Assembly (NCBI RefSeq): GCF_964243305.1 | Contig: NZ_CAXTEF010000008.1 | Location: 7,269-71,268, forward strand | Direction: 5' to 3' | Length of the DNA stretch: 64,000 nt | Source: an uncultured Hymenobacter sp. | GTDB taxonomy: Bacteria > Bacteroidota > Bacteroidia > Cytophagales > Hymenobacteraceae | In this document: piece by piece, positions 28,492 through 38,119 of the stretch | Position numbering within the stretch: the first letter of the stretch is position 1 | Layout: every line of letters starts with the position of its first letter | Position numbers and translations under genes: made by a program | Notes under the pieces: model-generated | The model's database searches: none | What the model was told of the DNA's origin: nothing | The model's input: the letters and a program-made list of their open reading frames with translations, nothing else

Positions 28492-29475
28492 TCAAAGTTT
28501 ATCGAGTAAAAGCGCGATTTGCACAATCGGCAAATACAGAAAAGAGCCGAACATGATAGCCAGCGCCGCCTTGCGCGACTGCGTGCGCATGAGCTGCAAG
28601 GTCAGAATCAGGAACCCTACCCCCGCCAGAACGGCCACCAGGGCCGAGACCTTGCCGGCAATGCCAAATTCCAGCGGCAGCAGGCTGAGCGGAATCAACA
28701 GCAGCGTATAGGTCATAATCTGAAAGGCGGTGCGCAGGTCGCGCTTGCCCGGCGAGGGCAGCATCTTGAAGCCTGCCGCCTTGTAGTCCTCATCAGCCAC
28801 CCAGGCAATGGCCCAGAAGTGCGGAAACTGCCACATAAACTGAATACCGAACAAAACCCAGGCCTCGACGCCGATATAGCCCGTGGCCGCGACCCAGCCA
28901 ATAAGGGGGGGTAGGCCCCCCGGCACGGCGCCCACGGCCACGCACACCGGTGAGATGGTTTTAAGCGGCGTGTAGATAAACCCGTACAGAATGAGCGAGA
29001 GCAGCGACAGCGCCGCCGTGAGCGGGTTGAAACAATAAGCCAGCAGTCCCAGACCCCCTACCCCCAGCCCGACGCAAAATGCCCACGCCTCGGCGGGCGT
29101 AAGGATGCCCAGCGGCAGCGGCCGGTTGGCGGTGCGGCGCATGAGCTTATCGAGGTCCCGCTCGTGGATCTGATTGATGATATTGGCCGCGCCCGTCACC
29201 AGCAGGCCGCCCAGCATTACGAGCGCTGCGCGGCTCCAGTTCAACTCGCCCCGCGCCCCCAGCAAGTAGCCAATAGCGCTGGAAAACGCCACAGTGAGCG
29301 AGAGCCGAAACTTAAGCAGCTGAAAATAAGCCCGCGCCTTGCTGACGCGAACCGGCGCCTCAGCGGCCAAGCGCTCTTTAAGCGGCACCGCCACGGCCGC
29401 CGGATCAGCCGACCCACGCTGGGCAACGATTAGCGTTTCATGAAGGGGGTCACGCACTGGAGCTATCTTGTTCAT
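28492..29475 (-). CDS. cyoE: Protoheme IX farnesyltransferase (haem O synthase)
   Basis: NQIHERDLDKLMRRTANRPL, YTPLKT, GAVPGGLPPLIGW and WQFPHFWAIAW..EDY. Confidence 0.95.
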   Translation of the reverse strand: MNKIAPVRDPLHETLIVAQRGSADPAAVAVPLKERLAAEAPVRVSKARAYFQLLKFRLSLTVAFSSAIGYLLGARGELNWSRAALVMLGGLLVTGAANIINQIHERDLDKLMRRTANRPLPLGILTPAEAWAFCVGLGVGGLGLLAYCFNPLTAALSLLSLILYGFIYTPLKTISPVCVAVGAVPGGLPPLIGWVAATGYIGVEAWVLFGIQFMWQFPHFWAIAWVADEDYKAAGFKMLPSPGKRDLRTAFQIMTYTLLLIPLSLLPLEFGIAGKVSALVAVLAGVGFLILTLQLMRTQSRKAALAIMFGSFLYLPIVQIALLLDKL

Positions 29476-29492
29476 CCGTCGACAGGTCAAAG

Positions 29493-30602
29493 TTACGCCA
29501 CAACTCGGTGAGCTGGGACGTCCGGCCTTCTTACGAGAGCCGCCGGACTAACCGCGAGCAGCGTCAGGAACTGAGTGCCAAACAGCAAGACGGCCAGGGT
29601 GAGATGAACGGGCTGCACTACGGCGGGCAGCGCCCAAGAGGCCAGGGTAATGCCGGCCACAATCTCCAACCCTATCAACCCCATAGTAGCCAGGGCCAGT
29701 TGCCGCAGCCGGGACTGGCCCAGCTGCCACAGCCGGTAGCTTAGGTAGGCATTGAGGGCCAGCACCAGCAGCGACGTGCTGCGATGCACCTTGAAAACTA
29801 CCCCCAGCTGGCTCACCCACGTCGCGCGGCCCGCATACTCAGCCGCTGCCGCCACCATATCGACCTGCTCGCGTACCTGAGTGCCGAGCACGATTTGAGT
29901 GAAGGTCAGCAGCAAGGCCAGCCAGAGTACCAGCCGGAAAGTAGTTTCTACTGGAGCAGCAACCAGCTTCGGCGCCTTATTCCCTACCCCCCCTCCTGCC
30001 CACCGAGCCCGCTCCACCGCGTAGAGCAGCAGCGCCACGATGAGGAGAGCCAGGCCCATGTGCACGGTCACCATAATGGGCAGCAGGTTGGTGGAGACTA
30101 CCAGCGAACCCAGCCAGCCCTGCACGCCAGTAAGCAGAAAGGAGGCCAGCGCCAGCCAGAACACCGGCCGGTCGCGCTGCCAATAGGGTAAGGCAGCCAG
30201 CGCCGTCGCAAACACGAACAAGCCAATCAACGCACCCAGCAAGCGATTCAAGTACTCAATCCAAGTTTTGACCGGGTTGAAGTCGGTTTCGACGTACTGC
30301 GAAGGGTGAGCGAAAATATCGTTCGCCACCTGTTTGAATCCCAGCCGCTCCAGGGTACGCGCCAGCTTTTGATTCTTGGCTACCCGCTGCGCCGTGTAAA
30401 TCTCTTTGTAGTTAGCAGGCAACTGACTGGCCTGCGTGGGCGGAATCCAGGTACCGAAGCACTTGGGCCAGTCGGGGCAGCCCATGCCGGAGCCGGTGCT
30501 GCGCACTACCCCGCCGATAAGTATCAACAAATAAACCGCAGCTACGGTGAGCAGGCCCACGAACCGAAAGCGGCGCACAAAGTCAGGGGTTATCGTTTTC
30601 AT
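29493..30602 (-). CDS. ctaA: Haem A synthase (COX15/CtaA, Cys-pair type)
   Basis: GGVVRSTGSGMGCPDWPKC, EYLNRLLG, VTVHM and VQPVHL. Confidence 0.93.
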   Translation of the reverse strand: MKTITPDFVRRFRFVGLLTVAAVYLLILIGGVVRSTGSGMGCPDWPKCFGTWIPPTQASQLPANYKEIYTAQRVAKNQKLARTLERLGFKQVANDIFAHPSQYVETDFNPVKTWIEYLNRLLGALIGLFVFATALAALPYWQRDRPVFWLALASFLLTGVQGWLGSLVVSTNLLPIMVTVHMGLALLIVALLLYAVERARWAGGGVGNKAPKLVAAPVETTFRLVLWLALLLTFTQIVLGTQVREQVDMVAAAAEYAGRATWVSQLGVVFKVHRSTSLLVLALNAYLSYRLWQLGQSRLRQLALATMGLIGLEIVAGITLASWALPAVVQPVHLTLAVLLFGTQFLTLLAVSPAALVRRPDVPAHRVVA

Positions 30603-30702
30603 CAGATACCGTCTCGACAGCTATTAATTAACTGCTGATAGAACAAGTATTAACCTAATTTATCTCCTTTGCCATCGATTTAATTAGCTATCGGAGCGGA
30701 GA

Positions 30703-30740
30703 CAAAAAGAAAGCGGGCCACCAGAATGGCGGCCCGCTTT
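30703..30740 (-). terminator. Intrinsic terminator after oxidase subunit I (inside the cluster)
   Basis: AAAGCGGGCC..GGCCCGCTTT stem with a T-tract on the minus strand. Confidence 0.75.
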
Positions 30741-30766
30741 GAGGCTAACTTATAAAGCTTTAAATA

Positions 30767-32641
30767 CTACTCAGCCGTTTCCCGCTCGTAGGGCAGGTTA
30801 GAAGAAGCAGTCTTCGAATAAGGCACGTTTTGCGGAATGAAGTCCGCTTCAGCACCGGGCTTGCTGTAATCGTAGGGCCAGCGGTACACGGCCGGAATCG
30901 CACCGGGCCAGTTGCCGTGGCCGGGTATAACAGGTGTAGTCCATTCCAGCGTGTTCGATTTCCACGGATTCTCTGTAGCGCGCCGACCGCGGAAGATGCT
31001 GTAGAAGAAGTTAAAGATGAAGATGAACTGCGCGAAGAATGCCAGGATGGCGGCAATCGAGATAAACTTATTCAAGTCAGCAAACTGGCTGAATGCATCG
31101 AAGCCAGTCCAAGCGTAGTAACGGCGGGGAAAACCGGCGATGCCTACATAGTGCATAGGCATAAACACCATGTATACCCCGATGAATGTGAGCCAGAAGT
31201 GGATGTAACCCAGTTTCTCGTCCATCATGCGGCCAAACATCTTCGGGAACCAGTGATAAACGCCCGCGAACAAGCCAAAGAACGCTGCCGAACCCATTAC
31301 TAGGTGGAAGTGAGCGACCACGAAGTACGTATTGTGCATCTGAATATCGAGCGTGGCGTTGCCGAGAATGATACCCGTTAAGCCACCCGAAATAAACAGG
31401 GACACGAAACCAATAGCAAACAGCATGGCCGCCGTGAAGCGGATGTTGCCGCGCCAAAGCGTAGCCAACCAGTTAAAGACCTTTACCCCCGATGGCACCG
31501 CAATAATCAGGGTCAGGAACATAAAAACCGAGCCGAGGAAGGGGTTCATGCCCGTTACAAACATATGGTGAGCCCATACGACAAACGAGAGCATCGAGAT
31601 ACCCAACAGTGAGCCAATCATGGCACGGTAGCCAAAAATAGGCTTACGCGCATTCGTGGCCATGACTTCGGACACTATGCCAAATGCGGGCATAATCACG
31701 ATGTACACTTCCGGGTGACCCAAGAACCAGAACAAGTGCTGAAACAAAACCGGCGAACCACCTTGGTTGTGTAACGCCTGCCCAGCAATGTAGATGTCAG
31801 ACAAGAAGAAAGAGGTGCCAAACGAACGGTCAAAAACCAGCAGCAAGGTAGCCGCGAACAGCACTGGGAAAGCTAGAATACCCAGAATGGCCGTCAGAAA
31901 GAACGCCCAGATGGTGAGAGGCAACTTGGCCATGCTCATACCGCGGGTGCGCAGGTTGATAACAGTCGTGACGTAGTTCACGCCGCCAAGCAGCTGCGAA
32001 ACAATAAACAGAGCCATCGACACCAACCAGAAAGTCATACCGGCACCGGAGCCGGGAATAGCTTGCGGTAACGCCGAAAGCGGTGGGTAAATAGTCCATC
32101 CTGCTGATGCTGGTCCCGTCTCAAGAAAGAGTGACGTGAACATGATTACGCTGGATACAAAGAAAAACCAGTACGAAAGCATATTCATAAAGCCCGATGC
32201 CATGTCGCGGGCTCCTACTTGCAGCGGAATCAGAAAGTTTGAGAACGTACCCGATAAGCCAGCCGTGAGCACGAAAAATACCATGATGGTACCGTGCATC
32301 GTGACCAGCGCCAGGTAAAACTCGGGGTTCAGCTTGCCTGCTTCTACCCACTTGCCTAGCACCGGCTCCAACCAGCCCAGCGTAGCTTCAGGCCACCCGA
32401 GCTGCAAGCGAAAAAGGCTGGAGAGCGTACCACCTACAATAGCCCATAGCATTCCGGTTATCAGGAACTGCTTGGCAATGACCTTATGATCCTGACTGAA
32501 AACATACTTGAACAGCCAATGCTGGTCGTGATGCTCTTCATGCTCATGCAGGTGGTCCTCGTGCTCCGTTTGTGGTACTGGCGCCGTACCAATCCCGCCT
32601 TGCGTCTGCACACCGGGGGAAAGATTGGGATTAATATCCAT
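30767..32641 (-). CDS. ctaD: Cytochrome c oxidase subunit I, A1 type
   Basis: TMHGTIM, GWTIYPPL, FWFLGHPEVY, VWAHHMF and VVAHFH. Confidence 0.98.
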   Translation of the reverse strand: MDINPNLSPGVQTQGGIGTAPVPQTEHEDHLHEHEEHHDQHWLFKYVFSQDHKVIAKQFLITGMLWAIVGGTLSSLFRLQLGWPEATLGWLEPVLGKWVEAGKLNPEFYLALVTMHGTIMVFFVLTAGLSGTFSNFLIPLQVGARDMASGFMNMLSYWFFFVSSVIMFTSLFLETGPASAGWTIYPPLSALPQAIPGSGAGMTFWLVSMALFIVSQLLGGVNYVTTVINLRTRGMSMAKLPLTIWAFFLTAILGILAFPVLFAATLLLVFDRSFGTSFFLSDIYIAGQALHNQGGSPVLFQHLFWFLGHPEVYIVIMPAFGIVSEVMATNARKPIFGYRAMIGSLLGISMLSFVVWAHHMFVTGMNPFLGSVFMFLTLIIAVPSGVKVFNWLATLWRGNIRFTAAMLFAIGFVSLFISGGLTGIILGNATLDIQMHNTYFVVAHFHLVMGSAAFFGLFAGVYHWFPKMFGRMMDEKLGYIHFWLTFIGVYMVFMPMHYVGIAGFPRRYYAWTGFDAFSQFADLNKFISIAAILAFFAQFIFIFNFFYSIFRGRRATENPWKSNTLEWTTPVIPGHGNWPGAIPAVYRWPYDYSKPGAEADFIPQNVPYSKTASSNLPYERETAE

Positions 32642-32663
32642 ATACTAAAAAAGTTAACAAATA

Positions 32664-33755
32664 TTACAACGATGAAGTGGTAGCCAAAGGTTGAGCGGGT
32701 TGGCGAAGTGTTTCATCACCATCAGGTTGCGCTGGCGCGCCCGTTCCCCCTGAGTTTTTACTACGCTGCTTAAAGGTGGCTAATACCTCGGGATTTTGCT
32801 CAGAAAAAGATTTTTGTGTGGCGTACCAAGCTACATAGTCGTCTGGTTCGTCCACAATGATGTTGAGCTTCATAGCGAAGTGTCCGCGACCACAAACTTG
32901 GTTGCAAGCCAACTCATAGTTGAATTTAGGATTGCCTAGCTTGGCGCGCATTTCGTCCGTAGTGGTTGTGGGTGTAAACCAAAAACGCGTTGGCATTCCC
33001 GGTACCGCATACATCTGCACCCGGAAATGAGGCGCATAAACCGCGTGTAAAACGTCACGAGAGCGAATCTTAATCAGCACCGGGTGCCCTTTGGGCACAT
33101 GAACCTCACTGGCAGTGAAATCGTCTAAACCACTCTTGTCACTCAAGTCAAACCCAAACTCATTCACCGCATCAATCAAGCGGTAGTTCACTACCCCCAA
33201 TTTTTCGTCGCGGCCAGGGTAACGTACCAACCAGTTGAATTGCTTGCCCATCAACTCCACTACTACTGAGTCTTTTGGAGCCGGACCTGTAATGCGAGTC
33301 CAAGCCTTCCAGCCCGCAAAAATCAGTGATGCCATCACGATGGCCGGAATAATAGTCCAAATTACTTCAATCTTATTATTATGAGCAAAAAAGTATGCCC
33401 GACGTCCTTCTTTGTGCTGATACTTATAAGAGTACACAAATAGTAGAATGTGGGTTAAGACGAAGGCGACTCCAATAACGATCATCGTTGTCCAGAACAT
33501 GCGTTCCATCGCATGACCATGCACTGAGGCAACTGGTGGATTCATCTTATTATAGTTCTCACCGAACGACCAAAAAAACAAGCCGCCACCCACTACCATA
33601 AACACCAGCATCAAGATGGCATTCACTCGATTACTTAGGCCAATCTCGCGGGAATAGGTGCCTGAGAAAATAGATGTTAAAATCTGTAACCGGAACAGCA
33701 GGCCGAACACGACCAGCAATAGTACAAGCACCAGCGAAATCGTCAAAGCAGTCAT
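32664..33755 (-). CDS. ctaC: Cytochrome c oxidase subunit II (CuA)
   Basis: IEVIWT, KQFNW..RYPG, SRDVLHA, AVPGM and CNQVCGRGHFAM. Confidence 0.95.
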   Translation of the reverse strand: MTALTISLVLVLLLVVFGLLFRLQILTSIFSGTYSREIGLSNRVNAILMLVFMVVGGGLFFWSFGENYNKMNPPVASVHGHAMERMFWTTMIVIGVAFVLTHILLFVYSYKYQHKEGRRAYFFAHNNKIEVIWTIIPAIVMASLIFAGWKAWTRITGPAPKDSVVVELMGKQFNWLVRYPGRDEKLGVVNYRLIDAVNEFGFDLSDKSGLDDFTASEVHVPKGHPVLIKIRSRDVLHAVYAPHFRVQMYAVPGMPTRFWFTPTTTTDEMRAKLGNPKFNYELACNQVCGRGHFAMKLNIIVDEPDDYVAWYATQKSFSEQNPEVLATFKQRSKNSGGTGAPAQPDGDETLRQPAQPLATTSSL

Positions 33756-33842
33756 TGAGCTTTAATAAAGAGGGTAGTAAGTAACAAGCAGCAGAGCAGA
33801 AGTTCTTTCAGAATGAGGCTGCTTTCTACAGATTACTAAAAG

Positions 33843-35183
33843 CTAGGTGGCGTGATGCACGCTCTCGTCTAGAAATGGATGATGCCGGGGAACGAGGGCA
33901 GCGGCGGTAAGTCGGCGAGTAAGTAGAATAAGGAAAGCACCAAGAAAAATAAGAGCAACTCCTATCTCGATTAAGAACCCGTTTTCGCCCTTCATAGTGC
34001 CAGGCATAAACATTAAATAGAAGTCAGACCAATGGCCCACCAACACAGCAATGCACACGATTTTCAGGATAATCATTTGCCGCTTGGCATCGCGCGTCAT
34101 TAAAGCAAGGAAAGGAAATGCGAAGTTGATAATCAGATTGAAGAAGAACATCCAAGTATAGCGCCCTTCAAAACCACCCAAACGTTGATTATAGTAAACT
34201 GCTTCCTCAGGCAGATTAGCATACCATATTAACATGAACTGAGAGAACCAGATATAAGTCCAGAAAATGCTGAAACCGAACATGAGCTTAGCTAGGTCAT
34301 GCAGGTGATTTGAAGTGAGCAGGCGCAGATAGCCTGCTTGCTTCAGAAAGATGGCAATTAGTAGAATAGCAGCAATACCGGATACCCACCACGAGGCGAA
34401 CACATACCAGCCGAACATCGTACTGAACCAGTGCGTGTCCACGGACATCACCCAATCCCAGGCCGCCATCGAAGACGTGACAGCGAAAAGTACCAGAAAA
34501 AGCGCCGAAGCTTTGATGCTAGTATGGAAGTAATAAGTGCCACCATTTAAGTCCTCAGCCAAGGAAAGCTGACGCAACCGCTCCGAGAATATCCACCAGA
34601 TGGCTAGGTAGCTCACCATTCGAATCAAATAGAATGGCAAATTCAGAAAGCCACTCTTACCAGCAATAATGGCGTCGTAGTTGGCGTTGCCTTTCTCCAT
34701 AATTCCCTCGTGGGTCCAATGAAAAATATCATGGCGACCTAGCAAGAAGACAACCAGCATAATAACAGCACCTGGCAGCAACCACGCACTCAGAGCCTCA
34801 CTGATGCGCTTCACACTCACTGACCAGCCTGCGTAAGCTACATATTGAATAGCCATCCACACAGTACCGACAACCGATACGCCTATAAAGAACACATTGC
34901 TGTGCCAGATGCTAACCAGCAGCCGCTTAAGCCAAACGGGACTACCTTCATGCTCTACGGAAGCTCCAGCACCGTGGCCTGCTGACGCTCCCAAGTGGTT
35001 AGCAGCCTCAGCGCTAGCGGCGTGCTGCTCTTCGCCAATGTGAAAAATACTGGCCAGCAAGCCTAATATCATCACTAGAATGCCGGCCCCTATAATGTAG
35101 GTGAAAAGCTTGCGGGTACCAATCGGAAGCTGCAGATGTTCGGCAGTAGCGACAGGATTATCGGAATGGGTCAGTGTTGTCAT
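33843..35183 (-). CDS. actF: Alternative complex III subunit ActF
   Basis: NrfD-like multi-TM protein with WDWVMSVDTHWFSTMFG, HDLAKLMFGFSIFWTYIWFSQFMLIWYAN. ATG at 35183. Confidence 0.92.
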   Translation of the reverse strand: MTTLTHSDNPVATAEHLQLPIGTRKLFTYIIGAGILVMILGLLASIFHIGEEQHAASAEAANHLGASAGHGAGASVEHEGSPVWLKRLLVSIWHSNVFFIGVSVVGTVWMAIQYVAYAGWSVSVKRISEALSAWLLPGAVIMLVVFLLGRHDIFHWTHEGIMEKGNANYDAIIAGKSGFLNLPFYLIRMVSYLAIWWIFSERLRQLSLAEDLNGGTYYFHTSIKASALFLVLFAVTSSMAAWDWVMSVDTHWFSTMFGWYVFASWWVSGIAAILLIAIFLKQAGYLRLLTSNHLHDLAKLMFGFSIFWTYIWFSQFMLIWYANLPEEAVYYNQRLGGFEGRYTWMFFFNLIINFAFPFLALMTRDAKRQMIILKIVCIAVLVGHWSDFYLMFMPGTMKGENGFLIEIGVALIFLGAFLILLTRRLTAAALVPRHHPFLDESVHHAT

Positions 35184-35220
35184 CGTTAGTTGTGCGCCTA
35201 GATACGTCGGGCGATGATGC

Positions 35221-35961
35221 TTAAATGGAGCTGCCATTGCGGCCTACTGTACCGCCCTGACCAGGAGTTTCAGAACCCTTGCCGGCCTGTGCTTCCTCCA
35301 CTGGGTACTGATTGGCGCGGTCCCGCACATTTGAATCAATGGGCCCAGTTTGCGAGCCGCCCGTAGCCTTCACCAGCTTTGGCAAGTCAGCCGGGTCATT
35401 GTTTAGTTGCAGTACGTGCACATACATAGATATTTTCCAGCGCTCTTCTGGGTTCACGATGGAGCCGTGCGGCATCATACGATTCCTACCCCACTGGATG
35501 ACGTGGTAAATGTGCCCGTCATTCATAGTCTTGTACTGTGCCGCTGAATAATTTGGCACCCCTTTAAACTTGATGCCTACCGGTCCTTGGCCATTACCAT
35601 TTTCTCCGTGGCAGTGAGCGCACACACGGGTATACAGTACCTGACCTTCCAGCAGGTTTTCCTTAGTGTAAGGATAAGGATTTCGCAGAGTGCGCTCGGC
35701 AATTCCCACACTATCTTTAGGAATATGGGTGTAGTAGTCGAGTTTGCCTCGTGGGATCGTCGCAATCGGGGGTGTCCGCTGGTTGATACCAAAAGCATTA
35801 ACTTGATTGAAGCTATATTGCTTTAAAGGCTCGTAAGGAATGGGATCATACATCTCCGGAGCATACTGAATGCCGGGGTCATCAGGCCGAGTATTGCACG
35901 ACGACAAGCTCGCAGTCAGCAACACTGAGAGGGCAAGACTTATTTTAAGTGAATTTATCAT
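35221..35961 (-). CDS. actE: Alternative complex III monohaem cytochrome c lipoprotein ActE
   Basis: Lipobox LSSC, a single CAHCH and GRNRMM. Confidence 0.92.
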   Translation of the reverse strand: MINSLKISLALSVLLTASLSSCNTRPDDPGIQYAPEMYDPIPYEPLKQYSFNQVNAFGINQRTPPIATIPRGKLDYYTHIPKDSVGIAERTLRNPYPYTKENLLEGQVLYTRVCAHCHGENGNGQGPVGIKFKGVPNYSAAQYKTMNDGHIYHVIQWGRNRMMPHGSIVNPEERWKISMYVHVLQLNNDPADLPKLVKATGGSQTGPIDSNVRDRANQYPVEEAQAGKGSETPGQGGTVGRNGSSI

Positions 35962-36560
35962 TAGTGCTGAGCAGTCATTTCTTTCTGATTGACTTCGGTG
36001 GCACCATTGGCGCGCAACAATTCAGTCAGCTGGGGTAGTTGAGAAGAAGTTGAGTCTAGCTCAATAGCTACTACAAATTTGTCATCTGTGGCCCGCACGT
36101 CCATTACATGCACCTTAGGCCGAGGGTAAAGTCCACTGATAGTGAAGAAAGTAATCATCATCCCAAAAGCAGTGAACAGTACCGTTAGCTCAAAGGCTAC
36201 CGGGATGAAGGAGGGTAGGGCGATGTGAGGTTTGCCGCCAACAATCATCGGCCAATCAAAACCCATCATGTAGATCTGCATCCAAAGAGCAAACGCCAAA
36301 CCAGCGCAACCGAAGAAGAAGGCCGCGATGGGAAGCCGAGAGCGTTCAATACCGAGCGCATCGTCAATGCCGTGCACGGGATAGGGCGAGAACACATCAT
36401 GGATTTTCACACCCGCCGCGCGGATGTTTTCAATGGCGTGCAGGAGCACGTCCTCATCATCAAAAATGCCGAGGGCATAGCGCTTCGAGCTGGTGTGGGT
36501 CTCGGCAGTAAGAGGTTGGCTGGTACCAGCCAATTCAGCGGAAGTGGCGGCGCTAGTCAT
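35961..36560 (-). CDS. actD: Alternative complex III subunit ActD (DUF3341)
   Basis: FSPYPVHGIDDALG, GGKP, FIPVAFELTVL and TDDKF. Confidence 0.93.
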   Translation of the reverse strand: MTSAATSAELAGTSQPLTAETHTSSKRYALGIFDDEDVLLHAIENIRAAGVKIHDVFSPYPVHGIDDALGIERSRLPIAAFFFGCAGLAFALWMQIYMMGFDWPMIVGGKPHIALPSFIPVAFELTVLFTAFGMMITFFTISGLYPRPKVHVMDVRATDDKFVVAIELDSTSSQLPQLTELLRANGATEVNQKEMTAQH

Positions 36561-38019
36561 TGGATTTGTTATAAGCTACGGGCGCGGAAGCGGGGACGCC
36601 AGGCGTCACGATGGTTTGCGTTTGGGCTGGGGCAGTGTGTGCGATATCGCCACGGTAGGTTGGACCGTTATCCACACCGTATTTCAGTACCGTCTTTACC
36701 TCGGCCATATTAATGACCGGGAAGAATTTGGCGAAGAGCAGGAACAAGGTAAAGAACAGGCCCATTGAGCCCACATACATACCGACGTCAATTAGAGTCG
36801 GCGAGAACATGGCCCATGAGGAAGGCAGATAGTCGCGGTGCAGCGAAGTAACGATAATCACGAAGCGCTCGAACCACATGCCGATGTTGACGATAATCGA
36901 TAGAATAAACGTCAGCGGAATGCTGTAACGCACCCTGCGGAACCACACGAGCTGCGGCGTGATTACGTTGCAAGTCATCATGGCCGCGTAAGCCCACCAG
37001 TAGGGACCAGTTGCACGATTAATAAAAGCGTACTGCTCAAACTCCACTTGCGAGTACCAAGCGATGAAGAACTCAGTGATGTAAGCGACCCCTACGATAG
37101 AGCCAGTCACCATCATGATTTTGTTCATCAACGCGATGTGTTCAAGCGTGATGTAGTCCTCCAGCTTAAACACTACTCGGGTGATGAGCATAAGCGTGAG
37201 CACCATTGCGAAGCCTGAGAAGATAGCACCGGCTACGAAGTAAGGAGGAAAGATGGTCGTGTGCCAGCCCGGTACGACCGAGGTTGCAAAGTCCATCGAC
37301 ACGATAGTGTGTACCGACAATACGAGGGGGGTAGAGATGCCGGCTAGAATCAGCGACACGGTCTCGTAGCGGGACCAGTGCTTAGCCGAGCCCTTCCAGT
37401 TAAAGCTGAGCAGTGAGTATGCCAGCTTGCTGACCTTACCCTTGGCGCGGTCACGAATGGTGGCGAAGTCAGGAATCAGGCCCGTGTACCAGAATACCAG
37501 CGACACCGAGAAGTAAGTCGAGATGGCGAACACATCCCAGAGCAGCGGCGAGTTAAAGTTCACCCACAGCGAGCCAAAGGTGTTTTGGAAAGGAAATACC
37601 CAGTAGCCAACCCAAGGCCGACCCATATGAAAGATGGGAAACTGTCCAGCGCAGATAACAGCGAAAATAGTCATGGCCTCAGCCGCCCGGTTGATGCTGC
37701 TACGCCACTTCTGCCGGAAAAGCAGCAGCACTGCCGAAATCAGCGTGCCAGCGTGACCAATCCCTACCCACCACACGAAGTTAGTGATGTCCCAGGCCCA
37801 GTTGACGGTTTTATTTAGTCCCCACTCGCCGATGCCGTACCAAACGGTACGGTACACGGAGTAGAAGAATACACCGAGAAAAAACAAGGCCACCGAGAAA
37901 GCAGCCATCCAGCGGATGTTGGGCGCGGCCTCTACCTGGCGACAGACGTCTTCCGTAACGTCATGGTACGATTTGCCGCCGGTAACGAGCGGCTCGCGAA
38001 TGGCTGATACGTGTTGCAT
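36553..38019 (-). CDS. actC: Alternative complex III quinol-binding subunit ActC (NrfD/PsrC family)
   Basis: WAWDITNFVWWVGIGHAGTLISA, HMGRPW, PLVLSVHTIVSMDF and WHTTIFPPYF. Confidence 0.96.
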   Translation of the reverse strand: MQHVSAIREPLVTGGKSYHDVTEDVCRQVEAAPNIRWMAAFSVALFFLGVFFYSVYRTVWYGIGEWGLNKTVNWAWDITNFVWWVGIGHAGTLISAVLLLFRQKWRSSINRAAEAMTIFAVICAGQFPIFHMGRPWVGYWVFPFQNTFGSLWVNFNSPLLWDVFAISTYFSVSLVFWYTGLIPDFATIRDRAKGKVSKLAYSLLSFNWKGSAKHWSRYETVSLILAGISTPLVLSVHTIVSMDFATSVVPGWHTTIFPPYFVAGAIFSGFAMVLTLMLITRVVFKLEDYITLEHIALMNKIMMVTGSIVGVAYITEFFIAWYSQVEFEQYAFINRATGPYWWAYAAMMTCNVITPQLVWFRRVRYSIPLTFILSIIVNIGMWFERFVIIVTSLHRDYLPSSWAMFSPTLIDVGMYVGSMGLFFTLFLLFAKFFPVINMAEVKTVLKYGVDNGPTYRGDIAHTAPAQTQTIVTPGVPASAPVAYNKSND

Positions 38020-38119
38020 AATGGTGGGATAGGTAGAGAAGATGTTAGCTGCTGATTAAGATTTTCCGAAAGCAACAACCACGCTCTACCTTATTAGAGG
38101 AAGAATGTGGTTGTCACAC

